Assembly (NCBI RefSeq): GCF_001194135.2
Contig: NC_068990.1
Location: forward strand, 2,728,835 to 2,792,834
Reading direction: 5' to 3'
Length of the DNA: 64,000 bases
DNA from: Octopus bimaculoides
Lineage: Eukaryota
The translations under genes were made by a program, and so were the position numbers. How positions within the stretch are numbered: position 1 is the first letter of the stretch; each line of letters starts with the position of its first letter. Positions 25,978 through 38,534 of the stretch are shown here, in pieces. Under the pieces are notes generated by a model, which had not been told where the DNA came from, did not search any database, and saw only the letters and a list, made by a program, of their open reading frames with translations.

Positions 25978-26163
25978 AGGCCGGGCAAAATGATTCACGG
26001 AATTTCGTGCGTCCCTAAGTTCTGAGTTCGAATTCCGCCAATGCCGACTTTGCCTTACATCCTTCAGCAGTCAATGAAATAAGTACTAGTAACGCACTGG
26101 AGTCGATGTAATGAACTAACCCCCTCCCTACGAAATTTCCGAATTATTATTATTATTATTATT
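25978..26163 (+). mobile_element. SINE family B copy 3 of cluster
   Basis: gttctgagttcgaattccgcc (B box GTTCGAATTC), gactttgccttacatcct, ctggagtcgatgtaat, (ATT)n tail. Confidence 0.8.
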
Positions 26164-26199
26164 CGACATGTGATAGTTTCATGTAAATTTTGATTACGT

Positions 26200-26790
26200 C
26201 ATTAGCTACACCACCGTGTTGCAGAGGTTTGTGCAGCATTGCACATCTTTGTTTTCTTTTTACTGTTTGTTTGGGCAGTCCAAACTCTTTCTGGCACTTT
26301 ATTGTTTCAGTATCTTTTTTATGGGTTTGGTTTGAGTCCTCTGCTGTACCAGTATTGTCTTAGTATTGTGCGTTGAGTGCATAATGCGAGTTGCGTTCTT
26401 CTGTTGAGTATATCGGACCTGTAGAGCAAATGTTGTCGGGGTTGTTCATTTTATTGGATATTTACTATATGGATTGGTTTATTTCAGCTTTGGGAACTTT
26501 GCCTTATCGTAAGATATATCGTTGGTCGTTTGCAACTGTAGTTTGATTTTTGTTTGTATTATTGTTTTCGCTCCATATTTCATATTTCTTTTTTTATTCG
26601 ATGTTTTGGGTATAGAGTTGCATTGTAGAATGCGTATATCTCTTCAGTGTAGTCGTTATCTGTCCATCGTTCTCTTTTGACTTTGTTTTCTGTTTGGACA
26701 GTTTTATTAAGAGATCGATCCGCCTTTACTGCGTTAACACTTTAACAGAACACCGTCACTAGACGTGTGCTGTTATTTCTTTCGTATTGC
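26200..26790 (-). mobile_element. Probable 5' (N-terminal) fragment of a Dong/R4-like LINE ORF
   Basis: Minus translation RERWTDNDYTEEIYAFYNATLYPKHRIKKKYEIWSENN...VANDQRYILR*GKVPKAEINQ resembles, from recall, the N-terminal W..Y....IW....LAxxxRxI motif of R4/Dong ORFs. The strand is A/C-rich. Confidence 0.5.
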
Positions 26791-27293
26791 GATTGGTCGA
26801 GGTTCACAAAAAGGAATTCACCACCATTCCATTCTTCTTGTAGCTTTATCACTGAACAAAACTGCTCTTTCCACCGTTAAAATGAAGTTTTTTGCATATT
26901 TTGTTAAAGTAATTTAAATACTGTACATTCGATGTTTGTTTTGCTCACATGTGGAAGCTGAAACGTATTCGTGTTTGAATTGTATGAACAATATATTTCT
27001 TGATGTATAAGCGAGAAGCCATATTGTGCATATCTGTAGATCTGAGAATGCATAGTGATTAATATTGTACTCATATATTTGTTCACCGTTCTGTTCTATA
27101 CGAATCACGCAGTTCCTCATGCTCTTTACACTTTCGTTCACATGTTTTGCTCATACAGGGCATCTCTGAGAAACTTTATATACTCATATGTGAAAACAAT
27201 CTTACCGCTTGCTGAAAAAAATTACGTTAAAACAATTTTCTTAGATTTTTTTGTTGTTTCTTAAATCCTACTTGACCATGTTCTCACATGATC

Positions 27294-27294
<1 letters not shown>

Positions 27295-27360
<66 letters not shown>

Positions 27361-28335
27361 GTATCATCATCATCATCACCATCATCATTATTGAAGACGT
27401 CGCACAGTATACAGTATTGTGATGTCGTAGAATGAAGATATTGTGTGTACCGTGGATTTGTGTGGTCTGTCAAGTCACAACAAGGACCTGAGACAGACAG
27501 CATTTTACGTAGTATGTATGCAGTAACGCTGATTATTGCAATGCATCAAAGCTGTCCACATATTGCTTGAGGTTGGGTGGTATTGAACCCTGTGCTCCGT
27601 TGACAACAGGTACAATATTTATCTTCAATTCTAGCAGCTTTCACATCTTGGTGATCTCAATGATCAGGCCTCCATATTTGGCAGCCTTTTCTCTTTCATT
27701 CATCATAAGTTGATCTCTATGTCGATAAATAGACACGCTCGCTTGTTCCTTCGATGCTCTAACATTATTTCTGTCTGGAAGTCAAAGTCCCAGAGCATGT
27801 TTGCCTTCTTGTTTTCGTCCATTATCTTTTCCTATGTAAATTGTTACCAAACACCCAATCCCTCGTATCCATACTTTCGGCATAACAGCCAGTGAAAAAT
27901 TTGGGTTACCTTGTCGTGTCTGCGCTTGCAATCTTTCTGTGCAAGACTCTCACAAGCTCTAAAAATTTGAGCCACGCTTAGGACCTTCTTCCCACACATT
28001 CTGCAGACGTTCGATGCACGTGTATTGTGTATATCGCTGTCACTGAATTGGTATTCAATGCTTGATCCTGGGTAGCGAGGATTAGATTTTCAGCCATCTT
28101 TCTAAGTTCACTTTTGCTGGGTCACATCCTTGATGCTTCCTGGTCTATTAAATTATTATTCTCACGGTTGAATTGACCTTGTAATTCAGTGAGAATTAGT
28201 GATCCTACTTTCTTGTTAGCTATTCGCAATCGGAATTCATTAGCACTCTCAACTCCATTGTTAGTAAATCTTTCTGCACTAGCAGCGTTCTGTAGCAGGT
28301 CTTGTTCGCCGTTCACCAAATACTCTGTCAAGCTT
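27295..28335 (-). mobile_element. Dong/R4-clade non-LTR retrotransposon, 3' portion with restriction-like endonuclease, ending in (TGA)n(TAA)n
   Basis: Minus translation across frameshifts: LQGQF, LILATQDQALNTN, RHDKVTQIFHW, WDFDFQTEI, CLFIDI, EKAAKYGGLIIEITKM*, INIVPVV. These match R4/Dong motifs (LHGQF, AAQDQAL, RHDxV, ILWDFxIQTD, EKxxKY, VPIVIGALG). A short 3' UTR is followed by a TAA tract. Confidence 0.85.
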
Positions 28336-28434
28336 CTTTTTCACCGTTGATGTACTTCCGTATGCTAAGAGATTCAAATAAAAGATAAGAGATTCAAATA
28401 AAATAGTAAGTGGCATTTCTTTCGATTGATTGTT

Positions 28435-28510
28435 TTCAGTTCAAATCCTGCCGAAATGAACTTCCCTTCCATCCGTTCAGGTAAATACCAGTCGGTCATG
28501 GATGTTAATA
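28435..28510 (+). mobile_element. SINE family B fragment
   Basis: gttcaaatcctgccgaaatgaacttcccttccatccgttc...taccagtc. Confidence 0.55.
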
Positions 28511-29198
28511 AAATCACACTGCCCCTCACCTTATGGTTTCTAGCCCTGTGTCAATATTTGAACTCTTCATTATTTTCATCAGTAAAATGTATTTCGGTTG
28601 CTAGTAGAACATTGTTTCTCAGCGGTATGTGTACAGCGCTACTGACAATGATTATATATATTCAGAGAGTATATTAATCTATATAGAAAAAAGAAATACA
28701 GCATGGATTTCTGAAGCAGATTAACTGGAAAATAAATACCATCGAAAAAGTTGGTATCCTGTCGCTGTTCGATTTTTCTATAAATCGTATTATCTATACT
28801 TTCGTGGTCTCCAGCGTTAATCACATCAGTGTAATTTTTTGTTACACATTTATTTTCACAGTGACTTATATATGCACCATGTGTGCGGAGAGAAGATACA
28901 ACTAAACAGTCACATAGTTGCATGGTGTAATATTATGAAGAAGGAAATAGCTAACGTCAAATGTAGCTTTAAAATGCAGGCTCTGTTTGGCGCCGTTGTT
29001 ATGAGAAATGAGAGTAAAATATATTAACAAAGAAGTGGAGTCTTTGATAATTATCTCTAAATCTATCCTGCAACATATATTAATAATACTACAACAGAAC
29101 TAAACAATATATAGATATGAAACGTCAATAAAACAGAAATTTACAATAGATGTATGAATATATATATATATATATATCAGTATATGTATATATGTATG

Positions 29199-29229
<31 letters not shown>

Positions 29230-29934
29230 ATGTGTGTGTGTGTGTGTGTATATGTATGTATATATATATGTGTGTGTATATATANNNNNNNNNNNNNNNN
29301 NNNNNNNNNNNNNNNNNNNNNNNNNNNNNNNNNNNNNNNNNNNNNNNNNNNNNNNNNNNNNNNNNNNNNNNNNNNNNNNNNNNNNNNNNNNNNNNNNNNN
29401 NNNNNNNNNNNNNNNNNNNNNNNNNNNNNNNNNNNNNNNATATATATATATATATATATATATAGATAGATAGATACATATACATTATTAAGCAGCTGGA
29501 AAAATACCAATAACTGTTACTCAGGGTATCGCGTTCCCGTTCGTCGGACAGTTTCGTTAAGAAGGGAGCAAAATAAGGTTATATGCATAAATGCACAATT
29601 ACTTTGCTAGATACACATTTGAAAATGGTCTTGTTTCTGTAGACCATTAAGTAACGAGGTTTTCAGTCATTGGTTGTATGAAATTACAATTGTGGAAAAT
29701 TTTGACTGTCGCATATGAATTTGGCTTTACACATTATATATAGTTATTTTGTATTAAAATGCCGTTATATATTTTGACGTCACATTTTTTATTTTACATC
29801 CGACTTTCAAGAAAGCCTTTGACTGTTTTACTAATTTAAACTTAAGTTTCGCGGAGATTTATTTTTTACTCATTCTTACACATTTTCTATATATTCAAAA
29901 TTTATATTCTAAATTTATATACTTATTTAGAATA

Positions 29935-30120
29935 TAATCCTCATCTTGTTTGTTGTTAACACAACGTTTCGTCTGATATACCCTCCACCCTTCTCAGGTG
30001 TCTTGGGGAAATTTCGAACTTGAGTTCTCATTCCTAAGGTATTCTTCGATGTTGTTGTTGTTATTATAATCATCATCATCATTATTATTATTACTACTAC
30101 TATTATTATTATTATTTTAT
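29935..30120 (-). mobile_element. Hammerhead-bearing element copy with decayed HHR (29959-30001) and (TAA)-rich tract
   Basis: Aligns to 10398-10583. The core reads ACAC CTGAGAA GGGTG...CAGAC GAAACGTTGTGT, so one core base is lost and stem II has mismatches. Confidence 0.8.
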
Positions 30121-30176
30121 GTTTGACTTTTGTTTTGNNNNNNNNNNATTATTATTATTATTATTATTATTATTTT

Positions 30177-30321
30177 TATTCAGGTCACTGTTTGGAATCA
30201 AACTCGGAATCTTGAGGTTAGTACCCCACGCTTTTAACAACTATGCCCGCGAGCATATGGCGCAGTGGTTAAGAGAGTGGGCTACCTACCCCAAGATTCC
30301 GAGTTCGATTCCAAGCAATGA

Positions 30322-30390
<69 letters not shown>
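30177..30390. mobile_element. Head-to-head inverted pair of tRNA-derived SINE heads, each followed by (TAA)n
   Basis: Plus copy has A box TGGCGCAGTGG (30258-30268), B box GTTCGATTC (30303-30311), then gacctgaataataat. 30177-30247 is its diverged reverse complement, running into (ATT)n. Confidence 0.85.
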
Positions 30391-30393
<3 letters not shown>

Positions 30394-30409
30394 TGATGAT
30401 GATGATACC

Positions 30410-30735
30410 AAATCTTACTTCGGAAAGTGCAAGATGGCTATCATTTCGGCATACATCAATGTGATCTACTAACCGGAATAAGTATCAAACAAAATCTGTC
30501 ATTAGCAATGACTTCTACGCCTTCATGGTCATGGTTTCTTGAGCCGGTCATCTACATACTCAAACGCCGTGACCTTTTCCAGCAGTTCATGGTAGACGTG
30601 TACGCTAAAATGGAGAGTGAAAGCCTTCTTTAAAAATAACCAGCAAAAACTTCGTGCTGAAACCTACATCCAGTTGTGGGATGCTATTGCCAATGACGAT
30701 GACATTCAAATGTCGGTCACAGGATTATTCTCCTG
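30410..30735 (+). mobile_element. Helitron Rep-region fragment
   Basis: DGYHFGI...DFYAF, RRDLFQQFMVDVYAKMESE and NNQQKLRAETYIQLWDAIANDD match the Helitron motif LFQQFxVDxYAKIESERL..NQxKLRAExYIxLxDA. Confidence 0.85.
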
Positions 30736-32582
30736 GTTCCTGTCTACATGTTTTCAGCATACAGGAATTTGCTATTATTTAGTTCTAAATTTGCTTGGTT
30801 TGGGCAATAAAAATTAAAGGCACAAAAGTTATTTCTGTTAGATGTTATATTCATTAAACGTTTCTTTCAGAGACGAATATATCTTAAATGTGCGACCTAG
30901 GCGTATTGCATTGGCTCTCCCTACCTTCTCCGCCCCGTTCTACTATCATGCTTCATTCACTTCGCACCTTACACGGTTTTTCCCTCGGCTTTACTTCTAA
31001 CTCTGGATATTATCCCAATAAATTCTTCTCACTTGTCCACTGCCTAATTTGCAACACCACTCAACCTCTACACAATTCAGATGTTGGGAAAACGTTTCAT
31101 GTGGCAAAACTTTCCTCTTCTGTGTCAATTGCACTCACTTAACTTCCATAGAAGCAAGCCCATGTGTGTTCGTAAGACACTTGATGTGTGATTAAAAGAA
31201 TTTACACAATCTGATTCTAACACGTAGAAAGGGAACTTAGATGCTTCACTAATACAATTTAAAGGCAATAGTCGTTAATTTCCGTTAACCGAAAACTTGT
31301 ATTACTGGTATTCCAATAAATGAGTGTTGTTGCTAGTAGGCTTTTAACGTGCAGCAGTTTTAATCTGAACAATTCCGGTAAGCTAAAAATGTTACACACA
31401 CACACACACACACACACATGTATATATATATATATAAAATGAGAATTTCATATGCTCTAATAGTTATTTTCAATAAATTATTGGATAAAACAATTATCAG
31501 GAAAATCGAAATTCATAATTCTATAGTCGGAATTCCTGTTGAAATAAAGAAAATAATGTTATAATGGACATTTTTTAATTAAAAAAAAATATATTGATTT
31601 CTATTTTAGTGTTTCAAAAGACAGACGTTTATAAAATCAAGAATTAACAGAAAACACATTTCAAAAACCAACAATGAAAATAATAAAAATATAATAAAAA
31701 GATGAATGCACATTCCAATTCACATCTGAGTGGTTCATCAAGCAGGAGAAAAAGTATGTCCCATTTTTTTTTTTTTTGTGAAAATGACTATGTTACAAAT
31801 ATGGAGAGGGATAGTGAGTCGAAAGAGTGTATGTATATGTGTATACTCATATGTATGCAAACATCTGTCTGTCTGTCTATCTATCTATCTCCGTATAAAT
31901 GTAATTATTGTGACTGTATCAAGTAATTTTTACAAAAGCTTTTATATATACATATATCTATGTGTGTATATTTGTGTCTGTGTATTTGTATTTGTGCGCG
32001 CAAACACATACACACACACACATATATGTATATATAATTAGAGTCTGGTGTCTATATTCTTCATTTTCTACATCTTTTTCTTTTTCTTCTTCTTCTTTAC
32101 ATGGTTTGTGTATCGTGAATACTGTTTTAGAAGTTACGTGCACGTGGAGGATAAATAGCTGTTATAGCAAGCAGAACGAATGAGCAAGCAGATGCTGAAA
32201 TCAATGGTTTGTTTTCACTGTGAGTAGCGATTTTACGCAGGTGAAGATCAAACGCAAAATGTACTGTTTGAATACACAAAAGGCTACAACAGACGATTTT
32301 GAAAAATCAGTTGAAAATTTAAAGATTGTTTGTCTGAAGAAGAATATATTTCTTAAATTGTTATTGATATAAATAATGGAAGAGTAGATAACACATCAGA
32401 TGTAATTATATTTTCTTTTACGAATGCAAACAACAAGCAACAACGAAGAAGAAAGGAATTTTAGCAAATAATCTAATAAAATATAATGGCGTAAACGACG
32501 GAAAGAATTTGAAGTTACTTCAAAATATGTTACTCGCAAAAAATGTATTAGTAGATTTGCATCCTCTCCTTACACATAACAT

Positions 32583-32613
<31 letters not shown>

Positions 32614-32924
32614 GCGTGGATATAGATACGCTGGCCTGAATACACGCACAAACACATATATATATATATATACATAAGTACATCAACCTATTTCTACAAA
32701 CACACACATATACAGACGTACAACGCGCACATATAAATACACACGCACACACTTATAAGCACACATAGAAACAGACTACAAATACGTATATTCGTGTGCG
32801 TGTATTGAAGTTACATAATTTAGGAAATGTTATTCGGTAAAAGATTAGTTTCTTTAGAAACCTTTCCGCAGCATTTTCCACAGCATATTGATCTACTCTG
32901 TTTTACTCGCTTTTGCTATGTTTT

Positions 32925-33149
32925 ACTTCTTTCAGTCATTTGACTGCTGCCATGCTGGACCCCCACCTTTAGTCGTGCAAATCGACCCCAGGACTTATTC
33001 TTTGTAAGCCTAGTACTTATTCTATCGGTCTGTTTTGCCGAACCGCTAAGTTACGGTGATGTAAACACACCAGCATCGGTTGTCAAGCGATGTTGGGGGA
33101 CAAACACAGACACTCAAACACACACACACACACATACACACACACACAT

Positions 33150-33188
<39 letters not shown>

Positions 33189-33316
33189 CATATATACGAC
33201 CGGCTTCTTTCAGTTTCCGTCTACCAAATCCACTCACAAGGCTTTGGTCTGCTCGAGGCTATAGTAGAAGACACTTGGATAAGTTGCCTCGCAGTGAGAT
33301 GAACCCGGGACCATGT
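32925..33316 (-). mobile_element. SINE family A, 5'-truncated
   Basis: Aligns with 17664-18090, includes the internal (CA)n, and lacks the A-box head. Confidence 0.85.
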
Positions 33317-33708
33317 TGATATTTATGAACTTATGATAAACATATCTGCATACAAAAGGTTGTTATAAAATTGATATATTTTATCTGTATGTATATTCTG
33401 TCTCTAGTAGGCAATTCTGAATTGAAGTCATGAAAAAAGAACTGGATACTTTCAGGTACTCGTTCTTATACTAAGGATCTTAAAGATAAGAAGAGGATTT
33501 TGGTGTTCTACGGCAGATATTATATACTACTCTCTTCATACACTTTTAATGTGCACGTATTGCCCTATAGTGTAGCTGACTATATGCTAGTTGTGTCATA
33601 CTAACACACTGCTCACTCGAACACACACGCTTGAACATTACAAATAATGACAGGTACGTATAAATTGTTTGCATTTGTTCACATATAAAGTATATGTATG
33701 TGCATGTG

Positions 33709-33764
<56 letters not shown>

Positions 33765-34072
33765 GTAAAATGACTAATTCAGTATACATATNNNNNNNNN
33801 NNNNNNNNNNNNNNNNNNNNNNNNNNNNNNNNNNNNNNNNNNNNNNNNNNNNNNNNNNNNNNNNNNNNNNNNNNNNNNNNNNNNNNNNNNNNNNNNNNNN
33901 NNNNNNNNNNNNNNNNNNNNNNNNNNNNNNNNNNNNNNNNNNNNNNNNNNNNNNNNNNNNNNNNNNNNNNNNNNNNNNNNNNNNNNNNNNNNNNNNNNNN
34001 NNNNNNNNNNNNNNNNNNNNNNNNNNNNNNNNNNNNNNNNNNNNNNNNNNNNNNNNNNNNNNNNNNNNNNNN

Positions 34073-34104
<32 letters not shown>

Positions 34105-36499
34105 CATATATATATTTTTTATATATATATATACACGCATATATTATGCATACATTACACGTACATGTGTACACGCATGTAACAAAACAGGAACGTGAAC
34201 ATTGTTTTTGGTATTATTTTTTTCTCCATTAAATGTGTTTAGTTTGCTAATAGTAATTACAATGATTTACATGTCTATATAACATGTAAGGAATTTACTA
34301 TTTGTAATTCATTAGATAGACACACAACAGCAACTATGGCTGATGGTAAGAATTGATTGTAACACTGGAACAAGCAGATGTGAATCAAGAGGAAAACAGC
34401 TGGGATTTACCCTAATTAACTATATATATATATGTGTGTACATATATATGCGTGTGTGTGTTTGCGTGTCTGTGTATGTATGTATGTATGTATATATTTA
34501 TGTATGTATGTATGTATGTAAGTAAGTATGTATGTACGTATGTATGCACGTATATAATGACCTAAGAGAAAGATTTGAAGTGTCCGGTGGTATGTAGGTG
34601 AATAACATAGACAAATCCCTGTACTTTTAAATAATATTCAAAATAAATACATGATTTATTAGAATTATCTCCGACTATATGTAGAGGTGTATGTTTGAAA
34701 ATATTGAAATATTACCTAGCGACATGGACCTACGTTGATCGATGACGTGTACAACCGATCATATATATTCATGCTCAGTATTTTTCTGATAGATATTTAT
34801 TGATTTCAGAAGCATGAAATGCACATTCCTACAGCAAACCAACAGAGTTTAGGATTTTTAAATAGATATGAAACAGAACATATTCGTCTGCAGCTTTACT
34901 GATTATTTTCTCACCTACATTTATACATATCAAAACACAATACAATGTAACATGCCTAGATACATTACAAATTCGGGCCAATAAAAATCCATTTCGTATA
35001 TTTGATTTTGTTGTTTGTCTGCATGCAGTCCTAAAATATCTGAGCCACGATCAAAGGAGTTCTAGTATCCTATATAACTTTTGAACATTCAGGGTTGCAA
35101 AGTTCCATGTTTCCCTGGACTAAGGAGAAAGATTCCGTTTCTATTTCTTGTATAATACCAATAAAATTATACCGTCAAAATGAACCAGCCAGTTTGTACT
35201 ATGGACATTGATTTTGACATATTTTGAAGTGATGGTTAATAGATGATCGATAAGTAAAATATTTCCAATTTAATTTCAATGTTAATAATGCCTGACGTTA
35301 AAAAACTCAGATCTAATTCGTCAGATAGTCACAGAACAGCAACTGTGGCTACATATTGATTGTAAGAATGGGATAAGCAGATGTGCTACTAATTTTGATG
35401 TAAACTTTCTTCTACTGGAAAAAAATCTCAATCTGTTATGCCAAAATGTAGCTAGAAACCGGTCCTCTTTAAAAATGTTAACAGTTTTCAATTTGGTTTT
35501 GAACTGAATTAGCGACAAGTTCTGAAAGATGCTGCGTGTGAGTAAATTGCGGCCTTAAGTATATTATTCAACTACTACCCTAGTTGAATGATACATACTT
35601 ATATGTGTTTATATATATATATATAGATATATATATATACATACATACATACATATGTGTGTATCTGTATGTGTATGTGCGCGCGCTCTCCACTTTCGTT
35701 TATAGTTTGAGCTGGTCGTCTAAAGCGTAATTATATTTGTGCTTGTCTGTTGTACTGTATGCCTCCATTCATCATCAATAACATTTTACTATTCTCTGTC
35801 CTGAACTCGCATCCGTGATTTCTCATATTTTTCCAGCTTCTAAATCCTTAAGCTTTATTTTTAACATTTGATTTCTCATTCGCAAACAAAATGCCATGAC
35901 CGCGAAATCTTTTATTCTACACTACTCCAGACAAGAAAATGATTAACAATCTTCTGAAATTTGCCCATGCATATCAACAACAAATTATCTAGAATTTGAT
36001 GCATTTTAAAGTTTTATTTAATAAATAAGCAATGTAATTTGGTTCCATTTGCAATGCATTCTACAGAATATTGGCTTAAAATTTTGTGAGATTAGTTATC
36101 ATATTTTCTTAACTTTTGGCAGTTATAGGAACAAGTTTTTATATTTGGAACTCACTGCAAGTGTTATTTTTTGATACTTCATTGTGTATCCACGAGCAAA
36201 CTAATATATTTGCCCGAGCGGAATATGGGACGATATTTTGATTTAAGTCTAAGCAATTTACTTTACCAGTATAAAGTTTTGATGTGTTTGCATGCTTAAT
36301 TAGGTTTGCATGTACTTGTCTTTTCAGGATATTTTCTGTTCTGTTACGAAGCACAAATTTTTCCTGTGCTAAAAGTAATAACACAAATAAAATAATGAAT
36401 ATCACGTTTAATCCTTTCATCCTCAACACGAATACGGAAAACCCTAACATTTTTCACAACAATCACATCAAGAACCGAATGAGAAAATCTAGACTCTAA

Positions 36500-36532
<33 letters not shown>

Positions 36533-36683
36533 NNNNNNNNNNATATATAAATAGATAGATAGATATATATATATATATGTGTGTGTGTGTATGTGTACGT
36601 ATGTATGTATGTATGTTTATATATATACATCTATGTATATGTATCTGTATATGTATATTTGTGTGTGTATTTATTTGTGATTG

Positions 36684-36950
36684 AAATGACAAGCTTTATT
36701 TTAGTGAAACCACGTATGATCGTCCATACTTGAAATCCACGAGTTAATTGAAAGCAGAAATAAAAGCTGAAACTAATGTGTAAATGCTTTATAAAATCAG
36801 TGTTTAAACAAAAGAAGGGCCGTTTTATCTCACCTACCTTGAAAACCTTCTTTAATTAACTACATCTTTATATACGTGCCTTATTAAAATTAATATTCAC
36901 ATGTCTGTACACATGCAAAAAATACAGCAATTCTGGTCAGAAAATGTATA
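36684..36950. repeat. Diverged ~270-bp local duplication, copy 1
   Basis: Colinear anchors shared with 37279-37555: aatgacaag, accacgtatgat, tgtgtaaat, aagggc, ttatctca, aaaaccttc, ttaattaact, ccttattaaaat, aatattcaca. Confidence 0.75.
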
Positions 36951-37039
36951 TGTAAAAATAGGATGTCTTTAGAAAATCCATGGTATGTAGCGTTATATGT
37001 TTGATATCATAATCAGGCTACAAGCTATGGAATCGTTTA

Positions 37040-37190
37040 GTGGTATTTTACTAGTACTTATTTTATCAACCCCGGAATGATCAAAGCAAAGTCGACCTCA
37101 GCGGAATTTGAACTCAGAACGTAAAGATGGGCGAAATGCCGCTAAGCATTTCACTCGGCATACTAACAATCCTGCCAGCCTGCCGCCTTA
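37040..37190 (-). mobile_element. SINE family B copy
   Basis: agtacttattttatcaacccc...gcaaagtcgacctcagcggaatttgaactcagaacg...gaaatgccgctaagcattt. Confidence 0.85.
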
Positions 37191-37278
37191 GAATCGTTTA
37201 TAATATAAGTAGCTTTTAGTACAACAGTTGCCCACATTTCAAAAGTATAGGGACTGTTGATTTAATTCATCCCTGAGG

Positions 37279-37555
37279 AAAATGACAAGAGTTTATGTTA
37301 TCGATACCACGTATGATTTTTGATAACGAAAACCCACTTGTTGATCGAACACAGAAATGAAGGAACTGAAGCTATGTTGTGTAAATACTTTATAACTTCA
37401 GTGGTTAGAAAAAAAAGGGCTGGCTTATCTCAGCTATCTTCAAAACCTTCATTAATTAACTCCATTATTATTCTCGTACCTTATTAAAATGATATTATTT
37501 TAAAATAAATATTCACATTTTTATGAATGCATCCAGAGAAGAAATCAGAAAACAA
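37279..37555. repeat. Diverged ~270-bp local duplication, copy 2
   Basis: See copy 1. Confidence 0.75.
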
Positions 37556-38495
37556 AACAAAACATAACAAAATATCAATTAAAACTAACAAAAACATGTA
37601 TAACACTTTTCCAGCAATAAATATCATTATCGATATCGTTTATCACCATCTCGAGGAAAAGAAAGTCGAATTACGGGAAATTAAAACATCAACCAATCAT
37701 GGATGACTTTATATTTGTTAGAGATCTTTTTCATTTCCTTTCGTTCTCCTTCTCTTTCACCCTGTTCTACACAACCTGTCTGTTTCTTTCATTGTCTCTC
37801 TTTACCTCTCTCTAACTTTATACACACATCCTCTCATATTTCTTCGTTGCTCCCTTTTTTGTTTAAAGATTTAATAAACCGACCTGAAGTTATAATCATA
37901 AAGGAAGTAATGAATATTGACAAGAAAGATCAAAGTCTTTGTTAATCTTCGACTCGAAGCATTAAAAATGATGGCTAAAATATTGCAATCTGAATTAAGA
38001 ATGTTAATCATGCTCCTATCATAATGTAGTTTGAAACAGAAACAAAATGAAAAAGACAAAACAAAAAGAAACAACCTAAAATTAAATATATTTGCCAAAT
38101 AAGATGGAAGCAGATACACATGGGAAGAAAGAAAACAAAGTGGTGTTAACAGAGGTTCTTTCAGATAACGTGTTTAAATTCAGTCACGCATAAATTCTGA
38201 TGGTTGTCGCACTGACATCCAAAAAGAGCCACACAAAATATATCATCTAACGTATCTTATGAATAACTTTCATCACTGCTTAATATGGCATTGCGCTGCA
38301 TATAACAGTTTAATATGCCTAAGCATATATTGTATATCCACCTAATCAACATTCACTCCGTGTATTTGCATATATCAATACGCAAACGCACACGCCTACT
38401 GTAGTATTCATGCACACTCATAAAATACACATGTTATGTATTTACATATGTTATACATGTCTGTGTCTCTGCGTGCGTGTACTCAAGCGTATATG

Positions 38496-38534
<39 letters not shown>

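Noticed and set aside
30253-30327. Functional tRNA gene
   Set aside because: A and B boxes are present, but acceptor and T stems do not pair and it runs into (TAA)n, so it is a SINE head.
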